Positions 38,774 through 51,335 of a DNA stretch of 64,000 nt are shown here, in pieces (within the stretch, counting starts at the first letter, position 1; each line of letters opens with the position of its first letter). The position numbers and the translations under genes are program-made. Under the pieces are notes generated by a model, which saw only the letters and a list, made by a program, of their open reading frames with translations, was not told the DNA's origin and made no database searches. Origin of the DNA: Utricularia gibba (Eukaryota; Plantae; Magnoliophyta); NCBI GenBank assembly GCA_002189035.1, contig CM007991.1:930001-994000 (forward strand). The letters run 5' to 3'.

Positions 38774-41386
38774 CTACGTTCTCCATGCAACAAACAGCAC
38801 TTTGATCCTGAGGGTTTTTGGGTCTAAAACAGGACAAAATCGAAACGATGACGATGAATCCTGTAATATTGTATATGAGGTAGTCTTGCAAAATGTGATG
38901 TAATAGTTGTACACCCAAAGTCAACAGGTGCTCTAATAGAATGCCCTAGTAATTTTAATTTTTTACTGTCTTCAATATTTTTTTATTACCACAAGTAAAT
39001 TTTCCATAGTCAAGTGACAATCAATAGAGTCAAAGTGCGTGTGAATATTCAAAAACAAAAAAAAAAAAAATTTTCACATAAATTAATATTTTATTTACAG
39101 TAAAAACATTTCTAAATAAATGTAATTTCTCGAATAGACAGTTTGTAGTTTTGAATTCTATTTGTTTGATGTCATTTAGAGTAAGTATAAAAAAATTAAA
39201 AAAACAATTTCCACACTTACAAAAAAGCACGATTTCTAGTGCAATTTTTTATTAATCTCGACGCCGCAAAAGGACTTGAGTATAATTTAGAGGCTCAATT
39301 TTCTTACTGTAGTTAAAGTTAATTCAACTGGGTGATTAAAATAGAACATTTACTCAGATGAATTAAGGGTCATTAAGCCTAATCACCCCCAAGGTCTCCG
39401 AGGTCCTCCTGTGTATTATTATTAGCTTCACACCTCAATAATCCCCTAAGGGGTCTTCCGCGTGAACTTAGCACAAAAAATTAGCAATTTTCTTAATTTC
39501 AACCTTACATTATACGCATGTAATTATTTTCATACGTGTCGCATGTCAACCTTGATCTGGTGCCATTTTTGCTACTAGGAAACCATTGATTCCACCTGAT
39601 GAGCACTATACCCATAACCCTACCATAATATTTGAATCTGGCTACGTACATGATTTTAAAAAATGATCGAAAACTTGATACGATACGCATAATCGATGCT
39701 CGTGATTCGACAAGACTCGGTCTTGTAAATATTTTTAACCTAATGTAGCCACTAAGAGTGACACTAGACACTCCCATATGTAGTAGAGGTGTTCCCCCCC
39801 GTGGTTTACTTAAAAGCGTATTGTTGAGTAATTTAGGAGGTGTTTCCTGTGTTAATAGTGTACGACTGCACGCCAACCCTACGTACTTAGTGGTGATTAG
39901 GGCATACAAGTTGTATAAAATAAGGTGGATTAGGGTTTGTGTACACGTACGGGAGAGATCGTGTGGTCGTGATAGCCTCCAATTTTATTCTTCTTTTGGA
40001 ACCAACTTTCCGATTTTATAATAAAAGATCGAATTTTTTGTATTTTTTTATATAAATATTTCGTTTTAGACAATATTCAGTAATACATAATTAGATACTC
40101 TGAAAATTCTATGTTGAAAATGTATGTACAAATCTTTTCTTCTAAATCTACTTAATATTTTTTTTAATCTATGCCAAAAATACATTAATAGTATCTTCCT
40201 TGGTTCAATACATTCAAACTCCACATTAATGATTTCAAAGAATGCATCGGGACAAGAGAATTCTATGGTGGGATTAGAAGTCAATGAGTATGGACGAATG
40301 CTAGGGGTTTGGAATTCCAAATTCTACTCCATGTGCGATTTGGATGCAACATTTGCATTTGAAGTGAATTTGAATTTAAGTAGTGTTTTGAAAAATTTTT
40401 GAAATTTATTTTTACGTTTCAAAATTATTTTTTAAAAAATATAAATAAGAATTAAAAGTAACTAATTTCTTATTTTTAAAAAAATAAATTTTGTAATATA
40501 ATTTTAAAAGTGTTTTTGATAGAATTATTTTTATAATTAAAATTGTTATGAAACAAAATTATTTTTATTTTTGAAAAAAAATAGTTTTTAAAAATTTTTT
40601 AGAACACTTTCTTAGTCAATTTGGTTTTCATTTTCGAAAACTAATTTTCAAAAGATGTTTTTAATAAAATAGAACAAGTTATCTATAACTTTTAAAATAT
40701 GTAAAATAATTTTAGATCTCTATTTTGTTAGGTTGAAACATTGATAATAAAACAGTTTTTGAATACTTAGGATTAAAAAATAGCTAGAGTTTTATAAAAA
40801 TAATGACAAATCCGTACGCCACAATACTGAAATTACTATTTTGAGCATGGCTCAATTGGGAAAACCAGTTGGGTAGATGTATGGATCACAATCTGCCAAG
40901 TCAAATTATACCACTTGAGGATCGCCGTTTTAAATGAAAGGCTACGTGCCGGGTAATTATTTGAAGTTACTGTTCAATTTTGTGTAATTATTTGGAAGTT
41001 ACTGTAAACAGAAAGTCAACAGCTGCTAATGCTAGAGGTTTACCGTGGTTCCCGTTCCGGTTCCGTTATAGGCCTTGGGTGTTCGTACACTTCCGATTTT
41101 GACATATTTGAAACTATTAGTTTGAAACCGCGAACAGTCGATTCAATTTAAAATATTCAATTATAGATATTCATAACTATTGTTACACCTAGGCAGCACA
41201 TCGTTTACAATTATGGATATTTCATATACTCATATTGATTTCTAAAGATGTTTAGAATTGAACACTCATAATGACTTGTTAAAAGTGTTTAGAAATTGTT
41301 TTGTAAATTAGAGATTCATTATCATGCATCCACAACGACATAGTGGATGTCTGAAAAACATATCATTCATGTAAACAATGGCCATC

Positions 41387-41492
41387 TGGTTCCGATTTTG
41401 GTTCCGGTTCAAAATCAAAACCATTGTATTCGATTTTGATTTCAATTTGGTTCAAGTTTTCGAAATCTGATTCCGAACCAAAACCGGAACCA
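41387..41492. mobile_element. Short inverted-repeat element, possible non-autonomous DNA transposon (MITE/hAT-like) relic
   Basis: tggttccgattttggttc at 41387 pairs with gaaccaaaaccggaacca at 41475-41492 with one mismatch; no target-site duplication found. Confidence 0.4.
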
Positions 41493-41619
41493 TCTTTTAC
41501 GGTGAACCACGATTTATGAATCGACAGTTCATTAAAACCGTGCGATTCCAAACCTAAACGGTTTCAGTTCCAATCAAGATTTCTAATACATCCATGGTGT
41601 TGATGGAAAAGTTGGTCGG

Positions 41620-41712
41620 TTCTATCCGTGGCATTCAAACTACTCGTGTTTATTCGCCTGAGCAACTGTATCCCCTTAGTTCGGTATCCCCAATTGCATC
41701 ATATGATCATCC
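41620..41712 (-). pseudogene. HKT1: Relic of an HKT last exon (HKT-B-like)
   Basis: ctcgtgtttattcg (14 bp), gagcaactgtatccc (15 bp), cttagt and atgatcat match HKT-B at about 45245-45315 in the same order; broken GYSCS/RINTSS frame. Confidence 0.8.
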
Positions 41713-41949
41713 ACATGTCCAAAACTTTTCACATCCATGATCAGACAGTGTACACGAGTGTTTTAAAAATTATAATTCAATTGCAATTAAATCATTTATG
41801 ACAACGATTGTGTTAAATTTGGATCGTTTTAAAATAAAAAATAAATCACGATTTAATTACGATTTAAATGAACCCGAGATTAGAAATTCAAATCTGATCT
41901 CATAGCATCAAACATAATCCATAGTAGATTGAGCCCCAAAAAAACTCGA

Positions 41950-42058
41950 ACAGCCCATTTCAAAAACTGGTTCCTGTTAGTAGCCCCTCTCCATATTTAG
42001 TGAGCCCAAGTAACTGAAAGCCCAATCCAATTTCAACGCAATGAACGAAAAACCCTAG
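41950..42058 (+). promoter_or_regulatory. Site II (AGCCCA x3) plus telo-box (AAACCCTA) cluster with no adjacent matching gene
   Basis: AGCCCA at 41952, 42003 and 42019; AAACCCTA at 42050. Confidence 0.45.
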
Positions 42059-42859
42059 ATAGCAAGAGGTGATAGTGAAAAGAAAACGAGAGCATTAAGT
42101 GTTATCATATTTCAATTGAATAAAAAAATTATGTTTAATCTTTTAAGGATTTTTTTAGTATTGAAAAAATTAAAATATTGTACCATGAAGCGTTTTTTGA
42201 ACATTTTAAAAATATTAGATATTTTGAAATAAGAAAAAAAAACGAATTCTCGAACTATATAACATACTTTTCAATCAGCTGCACTAATACGATAGTATGC
42301 TTTAATGTATATCGTATTATATTGAAGTATTATATATTCAATAAATATTTCAATATGAAAAATATTTGAGTACACATACGTGTATGAATTCATTTATAAG
42401 GCGGGGTACAGCGGAGTTAGATGTTTGACTCCACAATTTAAAAATGTTTTTAATAAATAAAAATCCATTTTCGAATATAAAATTCATCGCCCCATGCCCC
42501 GGTCACACCCCTAAAAAAACAAAGTCAACCCCTCGAGGCCATCATCACATCTATTCCATTGGAATGATACCTACACGTCTTTATTTGATTCCCTTAGCCA
42601 CCGTAGCCGCCCGTGGAATTATCCAACATTACGCGTCATTGACATAAAATAAAATAAAATAAAAAGATAAATAAAGTGAGGTTAATTATTTTAATCATCA
42701 AGATTAGGCCATACAGCAACCATGTAAGAAGAATGTTACCCTTAACATAGGTGCATTTCGGAGGTCAATTTAGGACATAATCCCCATTATAAATACGCAT
42801 CTTCGGACACGACACCAACATATGTGAATAGAAAAAAGAAAACAAGTAGCGGAAGATTC

Positions 42860-44454
42860 ATGTACATGGACGTAAAGCAGGCATTCCACTGTAACACTGC
42901 ATCCAGGCTGGTACTTGCAGTAGCAGTTGGGCTTGTCCTCTTCGTGATGAGCCTGTCGTTCATCTTCAACGCCACGGGGGCGTGGAAGGGGGGCTCCCTC
43001 GCTCTGATTACAAGCGCATGCAAGAATCCGATGACGCCATTTTCTGGGGTGGATTAGATCAGAGTTCTTGTCATAGCAGGTATGACTCCATGCTGCATAA
43101 GCCGCTACTCGGGACGCGAAAACCGTCTTCGTATTTGGTTTCCAAGTTACGGGCGTACGAGGCTCGGCACAAGATGTGTGCTCCGTATACGGCTTCGTAT
43201 AACGTGTCGGTAGACGCGCTCAAGAGCAGCGTGTCTGGGAATGTGGAGTGCAAGTATGTGGTATGGCTTCCTAGTGATGGTTTGGGGAATAGAGTGATTA
43301 GCCTCGCGTCTACGTTTCTGTACGCTCTTCTCACGGATCGAGTGCTGCTGGTTCATCCGAAAGACGGCATCTCGAGTCTCTTCTGCGAACCCTTTCCGGC
43401 GGGATCGTGGCTGCTTCCCATGGAGTTCCCTTTGATGCATCGGATCCATAGGTTTAAAAAGGAATCGAAGGAGAGTTTCGGTCATTTGGTGAGGGACGGC
43501 GTACTCGGCGGTAATGCGACGTCCCCGGTGGCGCAGCCCTATGCATACATCTACTTGTATCCGAACTACGATGATCATGACAAGCGATTCTTCTGCGACG
43601 AGGATCATTCGGATGTCCAAGACGTGCCGTGGCTGTTCTTGATGTCCGATTTGTACTTCGCGCCGTCGTTCTTCTCCATATCGAGCTTTCGAGAAGAGCT
43701 ACACAAAATCTTCCCAGACAAAGAAACGGTGTTTTATTTGCTTGCACGGTACTTGTTCCATCCCACAAATGAGGTTTGGGGGCTTGTAAGGAGATTCTAC
43801 GATGCTTATTTGTCGGAGGCCGACGTGACCGTCGGAATCCAGATTCGGATCCTTCACTTTGAGAAGCCCCCATTTCAAGACGTCCTAAACGACATCATCT
43901 CATGCACCACAAATCAAAACTTACTCCCACCAGTTGATAAGCAAAAGCAGCAAAACAGGACCTTATCCAACACGAAGAAGAAAAGGAAAATCGTCGCACT
44001 TTTGACTTCTTTGAGCTCCGACTACTTCAAAGAGCTTCAAAAGATGTACTGGGAGTACGCTACTACGACCGGAGAAATCGTCGCGATCCACCAACCGAGC
44101 TTCGAAGGGCGCCAAGCTACCGGGAACCTAAATCATGATCAAAAGGCGTTGGCTGAGATGTATCTGCTTAGTCTGACGGATAGTTTGGTAACGAGCGCGA
44201 CATCAACTTTTGGGTATGTGGCTCAAGGTCTTGGCGGGCTAATGCCATGGATGATCCTCAAGTCCAAAGACGACTCCGGCCGTCCTCAACCGTGCCGGCG
44301 AGTTTTATCAATGGAGCCATGCTACCTTACACCTCCCAACTATGACTGTAAAACGAGACAGGCAAAGGATGCAAATGAGACTGAACCTCATCTCAGACGA
44401 TGTGTGGATGGGACTCTCATGGGCATTAAGTTGGTGAACAGTCAAACAAAGTAA
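42860..44454 (+). CDS. FUT: GT37 alpha-1,2-fucosyltransferase FUT-1; intronless; anchor and catalytic frames offset by 1 bp at 42976-42993
   Basis: Type II anchor RLVLAVAVGLVLFVMSLSFIF; catalytic GLGNRVISLAS, LFCEPF, YLFHPTNEVWG, GIQIR, STFGYVAQGLGG, SMEPC; TATAAAT at 42788. Confidence 0.92.
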
Positions 44455-44702
44455 TGTAAAGAATCTGTAGCTCAATGACCCTTAGATCTAAGAGTTGAAA
44501 ATATACTTTCACGAATCAATTTTGTAGAAAAAGTTGTATTGATATGTGTTTATAGAGTCAAAATTTGAGTCATTTTTAAAAAGTAATTATTCGTATATTT
44601 TTTTATCATATATTACGATCAATTTTTCACATATAACATGGTTATTTTTTAGGATAATTAATTTTCAAATTCATCCACGATTTGGCATACAATTGGTTGT
44701 GT

Positions 44703-44928
44703 AGGTTACCGTTGGGTATTGAATCCGCTGCTCTTGTCTTGGACTTCGTGGGCTTGACTACATTACTTCTTATTTGGGCCTGGTAGGTGGATGGGTATAA
44801 ACCCTTTTATTAATCTTCGGCCCAGCCTCTTGTCTAACCCTTAATTGTGGGAACCTTCCCTGTTCTTCTTCTTCCTCTTCCCTTCCCTTCGTGCGGGTAA
44901 TTCCAGCAATGTCGAGACAGCCATCCCA
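44703..44928 (+). repeat. Non-coding element downstream of FUT-1, duplicated downstream of FUT-2
   Basis: Near-identical to 51336-51615 (ggttaccgttgggtattgaat...cttcgtgcgggtaattccagcaatgtc). Confidence 0.85.
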
Positions 44929-45106
44929 GGTTTAAGTAGATTGGACCAGAATTGCCTCATCAGTTTTTTTTATCAACAAGTAATTGGTTTTTGTTTTCTA
45001 CATTTTGGCAATGACAATCTTGAAGTTCTAACATTTTCATCTTGTTAAATACAAAAGGAATATAAGTGTGCAATTGAAATTGGGTGTGTGTTCTGTACAC
45101 AGGTAG

Positions 45107-46722
45107 CTAGTTCAATCTCCATGCTCTGCCGCTGTTGTACCCGTACTTCTTCATCTTCCCGAAGAACATCACAAGAATGAGTAGGAATTTTCCACCTTGA
45201 CTCCACTTTCCGGCCAGTCCGTACCATCCATCGACGCAGGGGCTGCTCGTGTTTATTCGGTTCGAGCAACTGTATCCCAAGCTTAGTCCCACATTCCCAT
45301 ATGCACTGCATGATCATTGATATGTTTGTCAATTTCACATCTACAGAATACATCAAGTTTGGATGTTGAATCTCACCTCACGACTTCAAACGTAATGGAG
45401 AGTAGGTTGAAGTTAATGGGGTCCTCTTTGATCTTCTCCCTCTCAGTTATGCAAATGAGCATGACAAAAATTGCTAGGTATGTGAGGTTTGAGAAGAGAA
45501 GGTTTTTCAGCCATGGCCGCCTCTCTTCTTCTTCTTTCATGGCTTCTTCTTGATCATCAATAGGCATGTATGAAGTATATGGTGGCAAGTACCTGCAAAA
45601 GATATTTAATTTTCAGTTGTGTTGGATTTGATTAAAAGGAAGCTGATTGATCCATCACAATGACTCACATCATGAAGATGGAAAGCACCAGAAAGGCTAC
45701 AGAAACCATGGAAAGATCAACCACGTTCTCCCCAGAGTGCCTTATGTTCATCACTTGAAACAATGAGGCCACAAACTTCTGATGATTATTGAGGCCGCTA
45801 AGGACATCGGAATGCCATTCAGACAATATGAACAGCAAGAGCTGCAACAGAATGAACCCCAGAACGGTGACTCCCAAGTAAAAACACTGGATGCTGGAAA
45901 GAAGATGATCGTATCCGAATTCCCTCGTATTCTTCAACAAGTACACGAATTCTGACTTTTTGGTCCTTTTCTCGAGAACCCATATGAGAAAACGAAGGCA
46001 CAGAGGGAACAACGTGTTTCCCATTAGAATCTGAGGGATCAGAAGAAGCTGCAGGCCTGAATTTTTGATGAAAACGGTCAAGTCTTCATTGATTGGAACG
46101 AATCCACAGTTGGTGAAAGTAGAGACGCTTGTGAAAAAAGCAAATGTTTCCATGTTCAAGTGTTTGCTCCTCAAAAGCTGACTCACACTTTGCTGCGCAT
46201 TCGCATAGATCAAGAGGCAGAGGAATCCCAAGAAGTTCACAACCAGAAGATACCCTGAAACCGTCCAAATCATTACTCGTAAGCACTTCCTCTTAATCCC
46301 CTGTTCTTCATCAGCCGATTTCACTACTTCCCTTGCTCAAAATCAGGAAAGACAGTACTTTTCCTAGCGTTACTCATCTTAACGTATTGTACACACATTC
46401 TAAGTAAGGAGACGAACAGTTCCCCTCCACCAAACATCATGATCGTCATGAAGACGAGTTGGATGTTCGAGAAAACCTCCATATTCACAGTCGACATGCT
46501 CGAAACGGTGACGGTCGAGACCGAGGTGAAGAAGAGATCCATGGTTGTTAATTTGAATCCATCTCTGAGCTTGAAGATCTTGAACGGGAGGACGCCAACC
46601 AAAGAGAGAATGATGAAGTACCCCAGTTCTTGAATGAACGGATTCGTGTAGAAGACCAAAATATGAACAATACAGACGAAGAAGCTACCCAGAGAGCGCA
46701 CACACGAAGCAAGACTCTTCAT
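45107..46722 (-). CDS. HKT1: Class I HKT Na+ transporter, HKT-B; 3 exons; 1-bp frameshift at 46330-46332
   Basis: TVSSM, TNCGF, RHSGE, SAYGNVG, GRAWRLN*. Adding one G gives FEQGEVVKSADEEQG and joins the two ORFs. Confidence 0.92.
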
Positions 46723-48416
46723 TTTCGGCTGTTTTCAGCTCTGTCCAATGAGATGGAGCAACAGAGCCAGTGGCACTCTGCTTATATAGATGCAGCTCAG
46801 AGAGAGTGAAGTGTGCCTCCCTTTCGATGTTCATAAATGCACTGATTTGATCAAGTCAAACGAATCAAAAAATCCCCAGCAAACGTACGGAAGGCACACA
46901 AAGCACCAATCAGACACCCCAGCTGAGATCCTGGTCGTAGATGACGTGTTATGCTCAATTTGGGATCCTCGTGATAAAATCCAAAATTGTATTCCTCATC
47001 TCAAAAAAATTTACGGTTGTGATTCTCTGCATTTTGCAGCACATTAATTATTTTTATTTAATTTTTAATTGCAAAAAAATTCAAATATATTCTCAATACC
47101 TGAAATAAATATTATTTTTCATATTTGACATTTATCTAAATCTTATAAAAAAACATTCCCTAAAAAAATATTGCAACATAAATCTTAAAAAGACAAAAAA
47201 ACAGTGGTACTTATTCTGTACACGTGGCGATGATGATTGGGATGCTTCGCGGTCGTAACTGACGAATGAAGACAGTTGTAGAAAATAGAAAATTAATTAA
47301 ATGCCAAGATTTAGGCGTGAGAAGATCCTTTGAATCTCCTTCACTAACCCCTTTGACCTATTAATTGTACGTGGAGTTGAATTTAGTAAAAAAATATATA
47401 CAATTTATTATTATTATTATATATATATATATAAGTTGGTTTAATTTATTTTTCAGGTCATTACTAAAAATTAATTTATATCATAATCCAAAAAGGAAGA
47501 GGGCCAGAATGTAATTAATACGAGAATTGGGAGTAGTCACAGGTTTTTATATAAATATTATCAACGAAAATAAAAAAAGTTGTAAAGATCATACCATATG
47601 TCGTACTCTGTATGATTTGGAATCGAAGAAATAAAAAAACGTTTCAAATAAATTAGATGATTTTCAGCAAAATTATTCGACAAAGTACAATTTATACAAG
47701 CCATCAATAGATATGATTACGAAGAATCAATGTTTTTGATGAGCTAAGTTGGCATGAATGGAAAACTAATTCATTGCATACCTTAAGAAATTATATAAGA
47801 TAAGTTTTTTTCTCAAATTTTGTTAGTAAGATATATCCAATTTTATTTAAAAAGAATTATTAATCTAAAAAAAAGGAAGAGGGCCACGTGTGCATGGGCT
47901 TCCCTTGTTTGAATATAACACGTTTATTGTAAGTGTCCAACACAAGGAAGTGATGCCCATTTGCCAACCAATGGCATGCGTCTAATTCCGCATTTAATGA
48001 TCAAGGTGATGACTCATCCATCCAACTCAGCACGGCATGTGTACCATTTGCCTAAATCCTTATGTAGCATTGGCCTTTGCTTAGAGAACATGATCACACA
48101 TTTGATGCCTATGAGGAATAACATGTAGAATAGTGACTCCATTTTCCTCCAAAATCACTTTCACCAACTTAGAAGTTAAAAGTGTACACAAGTCATTTGT
48201 TTGGTAATAACATTATTAAAAATATATTTTCTACAGTAGAAGGTTTTGTTTGGTATGTTTTTATGAAAAAACACTTTTCGATAAATGATTTGAATAAAAG
48301 TTATTCATGTTTGGTACTTTAAATTACTAAACTTTGGTATATGTGAAGAATGTTGAATTGAAGAAAGAAAAAAAAAAAAGAAACTAGTTATAGGGGACGA
48401 TATTTGAAGACCATCA

Positions 48417-48640
48417 ACTTAATCATTTTTTAAGGTTAGTGATTGGTGGTGAGAGGCCCATTTTTGGTAGGGCACGGTCCTATTATATTGGGCCTATTTT
48501 TGCTTGTAATGGGTATGGCCCAATTGCTTATATTTGGTGACAGAGAGAGGCCCATTAAATGGATGAAACACCACACCGGGAGGTTGGATTGTTTATTGTG
48601 CAGAGAATATTCTTCTTCTATGAGGGGTTCATTCAGCATT
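48417..48640 (+). pseudogene. Chimeric relic: copy of the B15 promoter fused to a copy of the SAUR 3' coding end
   Basis: 48417-48592 aligns to about 53614-53785; 48589-48635 aligns to about 56825-56875; GGAG is shared at the junction. Confidence 0.85.
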
Positions 48641-49535
48641 ATTTTGTATTAAATAACATATATTGAATCTTTATTTAATGAGAAATAATATTTAAGAATA
48701 ATGACTATTTATCAAGATAATATTTTTATTTATTTCTTGATACATGTTGAAATACAATTCTATGTTTCAAATGCATGTAACTAATGTTATGATGTTAAAA
48801 TACAATTCTATCCCTCAATTTATCTATTTTTTTATTAAAAAATTCATTTTTAATCTTAATATTTCATAAAAACTATCTAAGATTTTGTAATATTTTATAC
48901 AATATTAAAAATTTCCTCATATTTTATACTATTAAAATATGTGAAATATTTTGTAATATGTGCAGTATGGATGTGGAACAGTTAATTTATAAAGGCAAGG
49001 CACAGTTTAGATTCCACGATAATTCACATGTATAGATTCATCTTTTAGGCTAGGCACAATCCAGTTACATTTTAAACAAAAGATGACCTTCTTCATGTTA
49101 TCAGGATTTTAAAAAGATATTTTTTAAAAAAAATCAAAGTTACTAATTCAAAATGCCTTTTTTAATATAAAATTCATTGCACACGTGCCTCGTAACACCC
49201 CTAAGAAAACAAAGTCAACCCCTTTCGCCACGAAATCATATGTATTCTCTTGGAATTGTACACATGCATCATTATTTGATTCCCTTAGCCGCTGTAGCCG
49301 CCGAGTTTTCCCCCATTACACGTCATTGACATAAAATAAAATATTCTAAAAATGAGGTTAATTATTTTAGGCATCTAGATTTGGCCACATTTCAACCATA
49401 TACGAGGCATGCTACCCCTGCCACAGATGCATTTCAGAGGTCAAATTAGGACATAATCCCCAATATAAATATGCATCTTCGGACGTGACATCAACATATG
49501 TGAATACAAAAAAGAAAAGAAATAGCGGCGGATTC

Positions 49536-51091
49536 ATGAAGGCATTCCACTGTACCACTGCATCCAAGCTGATACTTGCAGTAGCGGTTGGGCTTGTCTT
49601 CTTCGTGATCAGCTTATCGTTCATCTTCAACCCCACGGGGGTGTGGCCGGGGGGCTCCTCCGCTCCGATGACAAGCGCATGCAAGAATCCGATGAGAGTT
49701 CTTGTCATAGCAGGTATGATTCCATGCTGCATAAGCCGCTCCTCACGACGCGAAAACCCTCGTCGTATTTTGTTTCCAAGTTACGGGAGTACGAGGCTCG
49801 ACACAAGATGTGTGCTCCGTATACGGCTTCGTATAACCTGTCGGTAGACGCCCTCAAGAGCAACATGTCCGGGAATGTGGAGTGCAAGTACGTGGTATGG
49901 CTTCCTAGGGATGGATTGGGGAATAGAGTGATTAGTATCGCGTCTACGTTTCTGTACGCTCTTCTCACGGATCGAGTGCTGCTGCTTCATCCCAGAGACG
50001 CCATTTCGAGTCTCTTCTGCGAACCCTTTCCGGCGGGATCTTGGCTGCTTCCCTCGGACTTCCCTTTGATGGGTCGGATCGATGGTTTGAACAAGGAATC
50101 GAAGGAGAGTTTCGGTTATTTGGTGAGGAACGGCATCTTCGGCGGTAATGAGACGTCGCCGGTGCCGCAGCCGCCGCCCTATGTATACATCCACTTGTAT
50201 CCCGGCTACGATGATTATGACAAACGGTTCTATTGCGACGAGGACCATGCGAATGTCCGAGACGTGCCGTGGCTGTTCTTGATGTCCGATTTGTACTTCG
50301 CGCCGTCGTTCTTCTCCATGTCGAGCTTTCGAGAAGAGCTACACAAAATCTTCCCAGACAAAGAAACGGTCTTCTATCTGCTTGCACGTTACTTGTTCCA
50401 TCCCACAAATGAGGTTTGGGGTCTTGTAAGGAGATTCTACGACGCTTATTTGTCGGAGGCCGACGTGACGGTCGGAATCCAGATTCGAGTTCACTTTGAG
50501 AACCCCCCATTTCAAGACGTGCTAAACGAGATCATTGCATGCACCACCAACCAAAGCTTACTCCCAACAGTTGGTAACCAAAAGCAGCAACAGTTTACGT
50601 TATCCAACACAAACAAGAAAAGGAAAATTGTTGCGCTTTTGACTTCGCTGAGCTCCGACTACTTCAAAGAGCTTAAAAAAATGTACTGGGAGTACGCTAC
50701 TACCACCGGAGAAACCGTTGCGATCCATCAACCGAGCTTCGAAGAGCACCAAGCCACCGGGAATCTAAATCATGATCAAAGGGCGTTGGCTGAGATATAT
50801 CTGCTTAGTTTGACGGATAGTTTGGTAACGAGTGCAACATCGACTTTTGGGTATGTGGCTCAGGGTCTTGGCGGGCTAACGCCATGGATGATCATCAAGA
50901 GGAAAGACCAGGCGGGCCGTCCTCAGCCGTGCCGGCGAGTTCTGTCGATGGAGCCATGCTACCTTACGCCTCCCAACTATGACTGTAAGACGAGACAGGC
51001 AAGGGATGCAAGTGAGACTGAACCTCATCTCAGACGATGTGTTGATGGAACTCTCATGGGCATTAAGTTGGTGAACAGTCAAACAAAATAA
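49536..51091 (+). CDS. FUT: GT37 alpha-1,2-fucosyltransferase FUT-2; same 1-bp anchor/catalytic offset at 49637-49654
   Basis: Close paralogue of FUT-1 along its full length; lacks 27 bp (9 codons) of the stem; first in-frame ATG at 49536. Confidence 0.92.
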
Positions 51092-51335
51092 TGTAATGAC
51101 TCTGTAGCCTGAGGTTTAACAGTTGAAAAGATATTTTAACGAATCAATTTTGCAGAATAATTGTATTGTTGAAATTATTGTGCATATATAGATATAATCT
51201 ATAAATAAAATTAATTAAAAAAATTATAAAAATACCATTTGACAAATAATTTTAAAACATGTGCTATTCAACTAATTGATTTTTAACAGAATTTTATTTG
51301 ATTTGGTAGTGTCACAGAAACATGTGCGGTCTTGC

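Noticed and set aside
43071-50510. Long antisense ORFs over FUT-1 and FUT-2 (87-181 aa, repeated in both copies)
   Set aside because: Shadows of GC-rich coding sequence; they recur only because the sense genes are duplicated.
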